This document shows positions 37,077-46,316 of a stretch of 64,000 nt of DNA, piece by piece. Position 1 is the first letter of the stretch. Each line of letters starts with the position of its first letter. The position numbers and the translations under genes were made by a program. The notes under the pieces are model-generated. The model was not told where the DNA came from. It did not search any database and saw nothing but the letters and a program-made list of their open reading frames with translations. Source of the stretch: an uncultured Chloroflexia bacterium (GTDB taxonomy: Bacteria; Chloroflexota; Limnocylindria; Limnocylindrales; CSP1-4); contig CAVVCZ010000005.1 of assembly GCA_963746845.1 (NCBI GenBank), positions 320,001 through 384,000 of the forward strand, read 5' to 3'.

Positions 37077-38261
37077 GTGCGTGTCCGGACCTTCGAGCTG
37101 CGGCTGATCGGCCTCGTCCTCGCCGTGTGCTGGGTCGTGGCCGCCGCCGACGTCCTCATCGGCTATCGACCGGGCGGGCCGATGGACGTGGCCGTCGGGA
37201 TCGCCGCGCTCGTCCCCGCGCTTGTCGCCCTGGCCGGCGTCGTCTGGCCGCCGGTCGCCCGGGGCGATCGCGGCTTCGCGGCCATGATCTGCCTCGCCGC
37301 CGGCTGTCTCCTCCTCCTCGTCCCGTCGATCGCCGACGTCTCCGGCCAGCTGGGTGGCCGCGGGGCGCAGACCCTGCTGCCGTCCGTCGAGGCCGGCTAC
37401 CCGTGGGTCCTCGCGCTGATCGGGACGTGCCTGTTCAGCGGCTTCGGGATCGCCCGGCGGCTGCTCGGGCCGGCGGCCATGCGTCGCCACCGGATCTTCC
37501 GCGGGTTCGTCATCGCGTCGCTCCTGGCCGGCGGGAGCGCGCTGGTGTTCGCCGCCGCGGCCATGGCCAACGAGCTTGCGCTGCGTGATCGGATCGCCGC
37601 GGCGTCCCGGTTCGGACCGACCGAGCTCGACCGCGATCCGCCCTCGTGCGACGGAGCGATGGGGATCGGGACGTGGGCCGAGCTCGCGGTGCGTCTCGAT
37701 GGAACCGTCGACGGACGCTCGCTCGGCTCGGTCGACATCACGGGCGAGCGCTCGGTCGCTGACGTCCATTGGCTCGCCTACGTCGCGACCAACAACGAGC
37801 TGGGGTTCCATGGCACGGCCACCCTCGGCGACGGTGCGTGGATCCGCCTCACCTCGGGCGTCTGGCGGCGCGCGACGGCCGGCGAGGTCGGCGATCCGGA
37901 TCTCGACCTCACGGCCTTCCGGACCGCCCTCTCGCCGGAGGCCCGGGCAGCCGCGGAATCCCGCGGCGTCTCGATCGTCGAGGGCGCCCGCGCGCGGGAG
38001 TGCCGGATCGCGATCGACGGCCCGACGTTCAAGGCGGCGTTCCCGCAGGCCGCCTGGCTCATCGGCGACGCGGACCTCGCCCACTGGCGCGGCCAGCTCG
38101 ACTACTGGGTCTTCCTCGACGGGCAGATCGGGCGGATCACGGGCAGCGTCAACGGGGACGCGGCCGACATCGAACCCGGCGCGCTCCAGTCGACGATCCG
38201 CGTGGACCTGTCGGCGACGGATCGGAACACGCCGATCCACCTGACACCGCCGGCTCCGTGA
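37077..38261 (+). CDS. Multi-TM membrane protein with C-terminal LolA/LppX-like beta-rich domain
   Basis: About five TM helices, then a soluble domain ending LDYWVFLDGQIGRITGSV; GGAG RBS before GTG. The fold assignment is tentative. Confidence 0.65.
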   Translation: MRVRTFELRLIGLVLAVCWVVAAADVLIGYRPGGPMDVAVGIAALVPALVALAGVVWPPVARGDRGFAAMICLAAGCLLLLVPSIADVSGQLGGRGAQTLLPSVEAGYPWVLALIGTCLFSGFGIARRLLGPAAMRRHRIFRGFVIASLLAGGSALVFAAAAMANELALRDRIAAASRFGPTELDRDPPSCDGAMGIGTWAELAVRLDGTVDGRSLGSVDITGERSVADVHWLAYVATNNELGFHGTATLGDGAWIRLTSGVWRRATAGEVGDPDLDLTAFRTALSPEARAAAESRGVSIVEGARARECRIAIDGPTFKAAFPQAAWLIGDADLAHWRGQLDYWVFLDGQIGRITGSVNGDAADIEPGALQSTIRVDLSATDRNTPIHLTPPAP

Positions 38262-38319
38262 CGCGACGGAGCTGCCCGGGCGCGCCACCGACCTGCGCGG
38301 GCCCCGCCGGCCGGTGATC

Positions 38320-39330
38320 ATGGCGACCATGGACGACGAGCGCGGCTCGGCGAAGCGGGACCGGCTGGCCCGGATGACCCGGATCCTCGCCCTGCTCAAC
38401 GCCCATCCCGACGGGATGAAGCCGGCGGAGATCGCCCACCGCGTCGACTCGTCCGTGCGCACGGTCTACCGGGACCTGCGCTCGATCGAGGGCGAGCTCG
38501 GGATGCCGCTCTGGTCGGATGCCGGCCGCTGGGGGATCGAGGCCGAGAACTTCCTGCCGCCCCTGAAGCTGACCCGGAGCGAGGCGATGGCGGTCGTGCT
38601 GTCGGCGCGGCTGATGGTCCGCTACGCGGTCACCTACGACCCGGACCTCGCCGCCGCTTTCGAGAAGCTCGCCGCGATCCTCCCGCCGGCCCTGCGCGAG
38701 CACGTGGATCGGAGCCTGGACGCGCTCTCGCGCCGACGAACCGACGAGGCATTCAGCCGCCACGTGCATCTCCTGACCCAGGCGTGGGCAGAGCGCCGGA
38801 TCGTCGCGTTCGACTACGCCCCCGCGCCGTATGCGCCGGAGGCGGCACCGCGGACGGCCCGCGTCCGCCCCTACCTCATCGAGCCGTCGCTCACGACGCA
38901 CGCGCTCTACCTGGTCGGCTGGGACGAGACCCGTGCGGCGATCCGGACGTTCAAGATCGAGCGGATGCTGGACGTGTCGATCACGCCCGAAGGGTTCCCG
39001 CCACCGGACGAGGATGTGGTCGCCGGGATGTTCGAGCGAGCGTGGGACATCATCGCGGACCAGGAGCCGATCGACGTGGTGCTGCGCTTCTCCCCGGCGG
39101 TCGCGAGCCGCGTCCGCGAGGCGCGCTGGCATCCGTCCGAGCGGGTCGATCCGACCGCCGACGGCGGCCTCACCTGGCGGGCGACCGTCGCCGGCCCGAT
39201 CGAGATCCGCCTCTGGATCCTGTCGTGGGGCGCCGACGTGGAGGTGCTCGAGCCGGCCTCGCTCCGTGACGACGTCGCGGCCACGCTGCGTCGAGCCGCC
39301 GCGCGCTACGACGCGGCGGAGGGACGCTGA
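38320..39330 (+). CDS. WYL domain transcriptional regulator (HTH-WYL-WCX, PafBC/YafY-like)
   Basis: RLARM...SVRTVYRDL HTH; VRPYLI, LYLVG, RTFKIERM; WILSWGADVEVLEPASLR. Confidence 0.93.
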   Translation: MATMDDERGSAKRDRLARMTRILALLNAHPDGMKPAEIAHRVDSSVRTVYRDLRSIEGELGMPLWSDAGRWGIEAENFLPPLKLTRSEAMAVVLSARLMVRYAVTYDPDLAAAFEKLAAILPPALREHVDRSLDALSRRRTDEAFSRHVHLLTQAWAERRIVAFDYAPAPYAPEAAPRTARVRPYLIEPSLTTHALYLVGWDETRAAIRTFKIERMLDVSITPEGFPPPDEDVVAGMFERAWDIIADQEPIDVVLRFSPAVASRVREARWHPSERVDPTADGGLTWRATVAGPIEIRLWILSWGADVEVLEPASLRDDVAATLRRAAARYDAAEGR

Positions 39331-40730
39331 TGCCGCGTCATCCGTTCAGCGCGGTGAACCTGATCAGCGACCCGATCCACGGGTACGTCGAGCTGACGAA
39401 GCGGCTCACGCCCGCCGAGGCCCGCGACGCCGGCCTGCCGGACGAGGGCGCGGCGGAGGAGGACCTGCTCGACACCGCGTGGCTCCAGCGGCTCCGCCGG
39501 ATCAGCCAGCTCCAGAGCGCCCGCTGGGTCTTCCCGACGGCCGAGCACTCACGGTTCACCCACGGCCTCGGCGTGATGCACGAGGCCGGGCTGTGGGCCC
39601 GCTCGCTCTACCCCTCTCTCCGCGCAGCGCTGGCCGGCCGGGCCGAGCCCGTGCCGAGCGAGGGCCTGGTCGTCGAGACGCTCCGGATCGCCGGGCTCCT
39701 GCACGACGTCGGCCACGGCCCGTTCGCGCACTTCTTCGACGAGCACGTCCTGGTCGCCTTCGCGGCCCCGCCGGATCCGCGCCGGGCGGCCGGCAAGCGG
39801 CTCACCCACGAGGACCTGTCGCAGCTGATCATCGAGCGGGAGCTGGGGGCGTTGATCCGCGGGCTCCGCCGCGCGCCCGGCGCCCAACCGGAGCGAGATG
39901 CGTTCGCGACCGGTGAGGCGATCGACCCGCGCTGGGTCTCGTTCCTCGTGAGCAAGCCCGCCCTCGCCGACCCGGCGATGCCGGCCTGGGTCCGCTGGCT
40001 CCAGCCGCTGCTCTCGGGCGTCTTCACGGTCGACAACCTCGACTACGTCCGGCGCGACGCGTGGATGACCGGCGTCGCGATCGATGTCGACGTGGAGCGG
40101 CTCCGGCGCTACTCGTTCATCGGCGAACGTGGGCTGTCGCTGTACGAACCGGGCCTCGGCGCGCTGGAGCTGTTCCTTCGTGCGCGGCTGTTCCTCTATC
40201 TCCAGGTCTACTTCCACCGGACGGTCCGGGCGATCGACCTGGACCTGGCGGACGTGTTCGGCCCGTCCGTCCGGGCGATCTTCGGCGACGCCTCGCCGGC
40301 GGATGCGCTCAACGCCTACGCCGACCTCGACGAGTACGCGCTCGTCCATCGGGCGGCCCGCTGGACGCGGGGCGAGGACATCGCCGCGTCTCCGCGACCG
40401 GGCGACGGAACGGTGACGCCGGCGGTGGCCGAGGCCTGGCGGGCGATCCTGCTCCGCCGGCCGCGCTGGCGGTCCGAGGCGGAGATCCGCCTCGAGTACG
40501 AGGCGGGCGGCCTGCCCGAGGACGAGATCGCGGCACTCGGCATCAGCGAGCCCGGCCGCGTCCAGATCGACCTGGCGACGGTCGACGCCCGACCCGCGGA
40601 CGCGACGGCGACGGACTCCCTGCTCGCGGTCGAGGGCCGCGACGGCTCCGCGTTGTCGCTCGCCCGCTCGCTCGGACGGCTGCCCGCCTACGCGACGATC
40701 GCCCGGCGCTACCGACGCCAGGACGGCTGA
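39330..40730 (+). CDS. HD domain phosphohydrolase, SAMHD1/dNTPase-like (COG1078 type)
   Basis: DPIHG, QRLRRISQL, EHSRFTHGLG, LLHDVGHGPFAH, DNLDYVRRD, QVYFH; TGATG overlap with the WYL gene. Confidence 0.92.
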   Translation: MPRHPFSAVNLISDPIHGYVELTKRLTPAEARDAGLPDEGAAEEDLLDTAWLQRLRRISQLQSARWVFPTAEHSRFTHGLGVMHEAGLWARSLYPSLRAALAGRAEPVPSEGLVVETLRIAGLLHDVGHGPFAHFFDEHVLVAFAAPPDPRRAAGKRLTHEDLSQLIIERELGALIRGLRRAPGAQPERDAFATGEAIDPRWVSFLVSKPALADPAMPAWVRWLQPLLSGVFTVDNLDYVRRDAWMTGVAIDVDVERLRRYSFIGERGLSLYEPGLGALELFLRARLFLYLQVYFHRTVRAIDLDLADVFGPSVRAIFGDASPADALNAYADLDEYALVHRAARWTRGEDIAASPRPGDGTVTPAVAEAWRAILLRRPRWRSEAEIRLEYEAGGLPEDEIAALGISEPGRVQIDLATVDARPADATATDSLLAVEGRDGSALSLARSLGRLPAYATIARRYRRQDG

Positions 40731-40798
40731 CCGCGAGGACCCGCCGTCACGACGACCGGATCCAGGCGGCTCCCGCGGCCAGCCGCCCGAACCGGACT

Positions 40799-41815
40799 TC
40801 AGGAGGCGGCGCCGGCCGCCTTGATCGCCTTCGCGATCGAGCGGGTCCGGAGGGCAACGTCGCCGCCGGGCAGGACCAGGAGCGGGTCGATCCGGGCGAT
40901 CTCGTGCTTCGGCACCTTCATCCGCTTGATGATGTCGGCGCGGACCCCGAACAGCTTCGTCTCGCGCGGGCTGAACAGCCCGTAGTGCACGTGGCAGCCG
41001 GACGCGTGGCCGGTTGCGCCCTCGTGGCCGATGAGCTGGCCGGCGGTGACGCGCTGCCCGGCCTTCACGGTCACGTCGCGGAAGTGGGCGTACATGCTCC
41101 GGTAGCCGTTGCCGTCGTCGATGACCACGACGATCGGGAGCTGGCCCCACAGATCGCCCGCGTCGAGCCGCCGGTAGTACGGTCGCAGGTCGCCGACCCA
41201 GCCGATCTCGTCGTCGAAGTGGCGGCCTGCCGCGAGGACGACGCCGTCGTGGGCGGCCGCGACCGGCGCCCCGCAGAACGACGCCATGTCGACGCCGTCG
41301 TGGAAGAGCTTCCCGTCCTTGCTGAACTCGCCGCCCGGGATCGCCTTGAACGGCAGGCTGATCCGGCCGTTCGGGATCGGCCACTGGTAGCCGGTCAGGG
41401 TCGCGATCGGCGGCGCCACGGCGTGGGCCGGCAGGGGACCGTCGGGGTCGGTCGCCCGGACCAGGGCCGTCGACGGCCCACCGGACGGGGACGGGGCATC
41501 GGATGGCGCGGGGGACGTGGACGGAGCAGCGGAAGGAGCCACGGACGCAGCCGCCGGACTCGATGACGACGGCGACGAAGGCGGGCCGGCCGATGGCTCT
41601 CCGACGGCGCCGGCGACGCCGCCGGCGAGCGGCATGAGCGGCGGCGCGGTCGATTCGAGCGCCACGCCGACCAGCGGGATCGAGACTGCGAGCGCGATGG
41701 CCACGACGGCCAGCACGAGGAGCCGGCGCACGGGCAACCCGCGACGCTCCCGCTCGGTGAGGGGCGTCAGCGGGTGGTGGCCGATCCACGACGGAGTGAC
41801 CTGCGCGGTCGTCAC
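40799..41815 (-). CDS. M23 family metallopeptidase, membrane-anchored
   Basis: TM helix, Ser/Pro linker, HDGVD, YAH, GATGHASGCHVHY. Confidence 0.88.
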   Translation of the reverse strand: MTTAQVTPSWIGHHPLTPLTERERRGLPVRRLLVLAVVAIALAVSIPLVGVALESTAPPLMPLAGGVAGAVGEPSAGPPSSPSSSSPAAASVAPSAAPSTSPAPSDAPSPSGGPSTALVRATDPDGPLPAHAVAPPIATLTGYQWPIPNGRISLPFKAIPGGEFSKDGKLFHDGVDMASFCGAPVAAAHDGVVLAAGRHFDDEIGWVGDLRPYYRRLDAGDLWGQLPIVVVIDDGNGYRSMYAHFRDVTVKAGQRVTAGQLIGHEGATGHASGCHVHYGLFSPRETKLFGVRADIIKRMKVPKHEIARIDPLLVLPGGDVALRTRSIAKAIKAAGAAS

Positions 41816-41908
41816 GGGACGGGCATGCGCGGGCCGTTGGTCAGCACGACGGGGCACGAGCGGATGTGTACCACAACCCGCGCCCGGATGGGGCCGGGGT
41901 GGAGTCGA

Positions 41909-41936
41909 GCGCTCGGCCGGGGGGAGGGCCGAGCGC
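41909..41936 (-). terminator. 3' hairpin with C-rich loop after the amidohydrolase gene
   Basis: Minus strand GCGCUCGGCC-CUCCCCCC-GGCCGAGCGC. Confidence 0.45.
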
Positions 41937-41953
41937 CCGGGACGAGATGGCGG

Positions 41954-43357
41954 TCAGGCGGTGGCCTTGACCGGCAGCCAGCCCGGATCGGGCTCGCCGA
42001 ACTTCAAGAGGAGATAGTCGCGCGACGACTCGACGGCCTTGCGCGGCCCGTCGAGGGTCGCCACGAGCTTGTGGTCGCGCTTCAGGATCTGGCCATCGAC
42101 CAGGACGGTCTTGACGTTCGACACGTCCGCCGCGCAGACGACCGCGCCGACCGGATCGATGATCGGGGCGACGTTCACCGCCGACCCGTCGATGATCACG
42201 ATGTCCGCCTTCTTGCCGGGCGTCAGCGACCCGGTCCGGTCGGCGATCCCGGCGACCTCTGCGCCGCCGATCGTTGCCCACGACAGGACCTGGCGGGAGG
42301 TGATGAGCCCGGGCGACGCCTCGAGCCCGTCGAGATCCGCGTCCCATGCTTCCTCGTGCTTTCGTCCGCGCTCGGACCCGAAGATCGAGCGCATCTGGGT
42401 GAACTGGTCCGAGGGAGCCGTGGTGGCGACGTCGGACGACAGCCCGATCGGGACGTTGTAGTGGAGGGCCGTCACGGCCGGCGCCCAGCCGTGCCCCATC
42501 TGGACCTCGATCTGGGGCGCGAACGACACGTTGCCACCGGAGTCGCGGGCGAGCGCCCACTCCTCGTCGGTGAAGTGGGACGCGTGGACGTAGGTCGTGT
42601 TCGGATAGAGGAGGCCCATGTCGCGCAGGCCCGTGATCTGCATCTTCGTATAGCCGAACCGGTCCATCGCGACATGGACGGTGATGTTCAGCCCGAGCTC
42701 CTTGGCGAGCTCCCAGTCGTGCTTCACGACGTCGGCCTTGCAGAAGTTCGGGCCGCGGGTGGCGAGGGCCATCGTGATCAGGCCGTCATCCGAGTTGAAG
42801 TACTGCTTCCGGATCCTGCGCGCGTCCGGGCCGTCCGAGGTCAGCACGCTGCCAGCGTAATCCGGGCCGAACCACCAGTCCACGAGGGACGTGTTGCCGA
42901 AGCCATACGCGTAGACGGACCGGATCTTCGACTCCTGCAGCCCACGAATGCCGGCGTCGGCGTGGTCGGGGGTGTTGATGATGTGGGACCAGTCCACGAG
43001 CGTCGTGATCCCGGCATTGATGCACTCGAGGCTGCCCCACAGGTTGCCGGCATAGACGTCGTCCGGGCGGTAGTGCGGCGCGAACTTGTCGAGGATCGAT
43101 CCGAAGTAGGTGATCAGCGCGTAGTCCGGCGCGCACGTCCGGATCGACGTCTCCCACGTGTGTCGGTGGGTGTCGATGAAGCCGGGGATGACGATGTCGC
43201 CGGCGGCGTCGATCACCTGCGCGCCGTCGGCCGAGATCCCGGGGCGGACCTCGGCGATCCGATCGCCGTCGACCAGGACGTCGGCATCCGGCAGCTCGCC
43301 GATGCTGGGGTCCTGACTCAGGACGATCGCGTTCTTGATGAGGATCCGGTCGGCCAT
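41954..43357 (-). CDS. Metal-dependent amidohydrolase (deaminase-like, SsnA/AtzA type)
   Basis: PGFIDTHRH, TVHVA, YVHAS, LSSD, GSLTPGKKADIV; AAGGAG RBS. Confidence 0.9.
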   Translation of the reverse strand: MADRILIKNAIVLSQDPSIGELPDADVLVDGDRIAEVRPGISADGAQVIDAAGDIVIPGFIDTHRHTWETSIRTCAPDYALITYFGSILDKFAPHYRPDDVYAGNLWGSLECINAGITTLVDWSHIINTPDHADAGIRGLQESKIRSVYAYGFGNTSLVDWWFGPDYAGSVLTSDGPDARRIRKQYFNSDDGLITMALATRGPNFCKADVVKHDWELAKELGLNITVHVAMDRFGYTKMQITGLRDMGLLYPNTTYVHASHFTDEEWALARDSGGNVSFAPQIEVQMGHGWAPAVTALHYNVPIGLSSDVATTAPSDQFTQMRSIFGSERGRKHEEAWDADLDGLEASPGLITSRQVLSWATIGGAEVAGIADRTGSLTPGKKADIVIIDGSAVNVAPIIDPVGAVVCAADVSNVKTVLVDGQILKRDHKLVATLDGPRKAVESSRDYLLLKFGEPDPGWLPVKATA

Positions 43358-43430
43358 GGTTGCTCTCCTTGCTCGATCACGTCCCCACTGCGGGCTCCGG
43401 TCCGGCTCGATCCCTGGTTCCCCTCCTCCC

Positions 43431-44327
43431 CTACTGCCCGACGACCGCCCCGGCCCGGCGGGACCGGAGCTCGCCGGCGACGGTGGCGAAGTCGCGGTTC
43501 GCTCTTCCATCGGTCGCTGCTGCGCGGACGAGCTCGAGGTTGACGGCGGTCTGCGGGAGCGGCTGGCCGAGCGACTCGGCGGTCTCGGTGATCAGGCGCA
43601 GGTCCTTCTCGGTCAGGCCCAGCGAGAACGCGACTGGTGCCGTGTCCGGGTCGACGAACTGGGCCCGCTTGTAGCCGACGTACGGGGCGCCGGCCGCCCC
43701 GGACGCGATGACGTCGTACGCCACGGCGCGGTCGACGCCGGCCGCCTCGGCCAGGACGAGGCCCTCGGCCAGGGCGCCGTTCAGGCCGAAGATCACCGTG
43801 TTGACGGCCAGCTTCATCACCGCCCCCGCGCCGAGCGGGCCGAGGTGGAAGATCGCCTTGGCGAGGGACTCGAGCGCGGGACGGGCCAGCGTCAGGTCCG
43901 CCGCCTCGCCGCCGACCATCAGCGTGAGCCCGCCGGACTCCGCGAGGGTGACACTGCCGCTCACGGGTGCGTCGAGGATCCCGGCCCCGGTCGCCCTGAC
44001 CGCGCCGGCCACCGATCGGATCGTCGCCGGCAGGACGGTGCTCATGTCGACGAGCACCCCGCCGGGATGGGCGCCCGCGACGAGCCCGCCCGGCCCCGTG
44101 AACACGGACCGGACGGCCGCGTCGTCCGCGAGCATCGTGATCGCGACCTCGGCGGCGGCCGCGGCCTCGGCAGGCGTGTCGACGATCCGCGCCCGGATCT
44201 CCCCCGCCAGGGCCTCGCAGCTCGATCGGGTCCGGTTCTGGACGATCACGTCGTGGCCCGCGCGGGCGAGGGCGCGGGCCATGGCGCTGCCCATCCGCCC
44301 CGTGCCGACGATCGCGACCGTCGTCAT
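43431..44327 (-). CDS. Beta-hydroxyacid dehydrogenase (3-hydroxyisobutyrate dehydrogenase family)
   Basis: IVGTGRMG, DMST, DAPVSGS, MKLAVN, KDL. Confidence 0.92.
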   Translation of the reverse strand: MTTVAIVGTGRMGSAMARALARAGHDVIVQNRTRSSCEALAGEIRARIVDTPAEAAAAAEVAITMLADDAAVRSVFTGPGGLVAGAHPGGVLVDMSTVLPATIRSVAGAVRATGAGILDAPVSGSVTLAESGGLTLMVGGEAADLTLARPALESLAKAIFHLGPLGAGAVMKLAVNTVIFGLNGALAEGLVLAEAAGVDRAVAYDVIASGAAGAPYVGYKRAQFVDPDTAPVAFSLGLTEKDLRLITETAESLGQPLPQTAVNLELVRAAATDGRANRDFATVAGELRSRRAGAVVGQ

Positions 44328-44334
44328 CGCCGGC

Positions 44335-45321
44335 CTACTTCGCGTCCTCGAGCCGGCGGTGGATCGTCTCGACGATCCGCTCGACGGTCGGGATCGCGGC
44401 GTCCTCGAGGACCGGCGCCGACGGCAACGGGATGTGCGGGGTCGTGATCCGGACGAGCGGCGCGTCCAGGCCGTAGAAGCCCTCGTCGGCGACGATCGAC
44501 ACGATCTCCGCCCCCCAGCCGAGCGCGCGCGGGTTCTCCTCGACGGTGAACAGGCGGCTCGTCTTCGCGACCGACCGGAGCACGGCCTGGGCATCGAGCG
44601 GGATGAGGCAACGCAGATCGATCACCTCGGCGGAGATCCCGTGCTCCGCCCCGAGCCGCTCCGCCGCCTCGAGCGCTCGCGGGACCATCGAGGCGAGCGC
44701 GACGACCGTGCAGTCGGTCCCCTCGCGGAGGACCGCCGCCCGCCCGAGCGGCACGACGTGCTCGCCGTCCGGGACCTCGCCCTTCGTCGGCAGCAGCGCC
44801 TTCGAGGCGCAGAAGATCACCGGGTCGGGGTCGCGGATCGACGCGGCCATCAGGCCCATCGCGTCGGCCGGCGTCGACGGCGCGACGACCTTCAGCCCGG
44901 GGATCGCCATCGCCCAGTTCTCGACGGCCTGGCTGTGCTGGGCACCGAACCGGAGGCCGGCCCCGTTGGCGGTGTGGAGCACGAGGGGCAGCGACACCTG
45001 GCCGTCCGTCATGTAGCGGGTCTTCGCGATCTGGTTGATGACCATGTCCCAGGTCACCGCGAAGAAGTCGCTGAACATCAGCTCCGCGATCGGGCGGAGC
45101 CCGGTCATCGCGGCGCCCATCGCCGCACCGACGATCGCCTGCTCGCTGATGGGCGTGTCGCGGACCCGCTCCGGCCCGAACCGGTCGATCAGCCCCTCGG
45201 TCAGCTTGAACACGCCGCCGGCCGCCCCGACGTCCTCGCCGATCAGGACGACGGTCTCGTCGCGCGTCATCTCCTGGGCAATCCCGGCGGCGAACGCCGC
45301 GCGATACGTCAGTTCCGCCAC
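44335..45321 (-). CDS. ThDP-dependent 2-oxoacid/acetoin dehydrogenase E1 beta subunit
   Basis: IGEDVG, RVRDTPISE, GAQHSQ, EVIDLR. Confidence 0.93.
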   Translation of the reverse strand: MAELTYRAAFAAGIAQEMTRDETVVLIGEDVGAAGGVFKLTEGLIDRFGPERVRDTPISEQAIVGAAMGAAMTGLRPIAELMFSDFFAVTWDMVINQIAKTRYMTDGQVSLPLVLHTANGAGLRFGAQHSQAVENWAMAIPGLKVVAPSTPADAMGLMAASIRDPDPVIFCASKALLPTKGEVPDGEHVVPLGRAAVLREGTDCTVVALASMVPRALEAAERLGAEHGISAEVIDLRCLIPLDAQAVLRSVAKTSRLFTVEENPRALGWGAEIVSIVADEGFYGLDAPLVRITTPHIPLPSAPVLEDAAIPTVERIVETIHRRLEDAK

Positions 45322-46316
45322 TTCGAGCCCCCGTCCGCCCAGACCTGGGTCTCGATCACGTCGAGGCTCGGCTCCGGTCCCTCGCGCGCCTCGACCTCCG
45401 CCGCGGCGACCTTCGCCTTGACCTCCGCCTCGATCGCGTCGAGCTCGGCCGGGTCCACGCCGGCCGCCTCGAGCCGCGCCCGGTAGGTCGGGATCGGGTC
45501 CCGCGCCAGCCACGCCTTGACCTCGTCGTCCGGCCGGTACGTGCCGGGATCGGCCCGGGAGTGGCCGCCGTGGCGGTACGTGATCGCCTCGACGAGCGAC
45601 GGCCCGTCCCCGCTCCGCGCCCGAGCGATCACCTCGGTCGCGATCGCGAAGACCGCGTCCACGTCGTTGCCGTCGACGACGATCGGCGCCAGGCCGTACG
45701 CCGATGCCCGGTCCGCCGCCGGCCGCGCGACCGCGGTCACCTCGCCGATCGCGGTGTACTCCATGTACTGGTTGTTCTCGCAGGCGAAGACGACCGGAGC
45801 CTTCCACACCGCGGCGAGGTTCAGCGCCTCGTGGAACGCGCCGATGTTCGTCGTCCCGTCGCCGAAGAAGCAGACCGCGACCTGGCCGGACTTGCGGTAC
45901 TGGGCGGACCAGGCCGCCCCGAGCGCGATGGGCAGGTGGGCGCCGACGATCGCGTACGAGCCCATCATGTGGTGCTCGACGCTCGTGATGTGCATCGAGC
46001 CGCCCTTGCCGCCCATCAGCCCGTTGGCGCGGCCGAAGAGCTCCGCGTAGAGCGGTCCCATCGGGGCCCCGCGAGCGAGGGCGTGGTTGTGGCCGCGGTA
46101 CGTCGCGAACGAGTAGTCGTCCTCTCGCATCGCCGCCGCGAAGCCCGCCGCGACCGCCTCCTGCCCGACGCCGAGATGGGTCGTGCCCCGGACGAGGCCC
46201 TCGAAGAAGAGCTCCTGCGCGCGCGCCTCGAACGTCCGGCACTCGACCATCGTCCGGTAGAGGCCGAGACGCAACCCGACGTCCGGCGCCCGCACGCCGG
46301 GCTTCGTCGCGGCCAT
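45309..46316 (-). CDS. ThDP-dependent 2-oxoacid/acetoin dehydrogenase E1 alpha subunit
   Basis: HLGVGQEA, TYRGH, GKGGSMH, FFGDG...ENN, TYRHGGHS. Confidence 0.93.
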   Translation of the reverse strand: MAATKPGVRAPDVGLRLGLYRTMVECRTFEARAQELFFEGLVRGTTHLGVGQEAVAAGFAAAMREDDYSFATYRGHNHALARGAPMGPLYAELFGRANGLMGGKGGSMHITSVEHHMMGSYAIVGAHLPIALGAAWSAQYRKSGQVAVCFFGDGTTNIGAFHEALNLAAVWKAPVVFACENNQYMEYTAIGEVTAVARPAADRASAYGLAPIVVDGNDVDAVFAIATEVIARARSGDGPSLVEAITYRHGGHSRADPGTYRPDDEVKAWLARDPIPTYRARLEAAGVDPAELDAIEAEVKAKVAAAEVEAREGPEPSLDVIETQVWADGGSKWRN

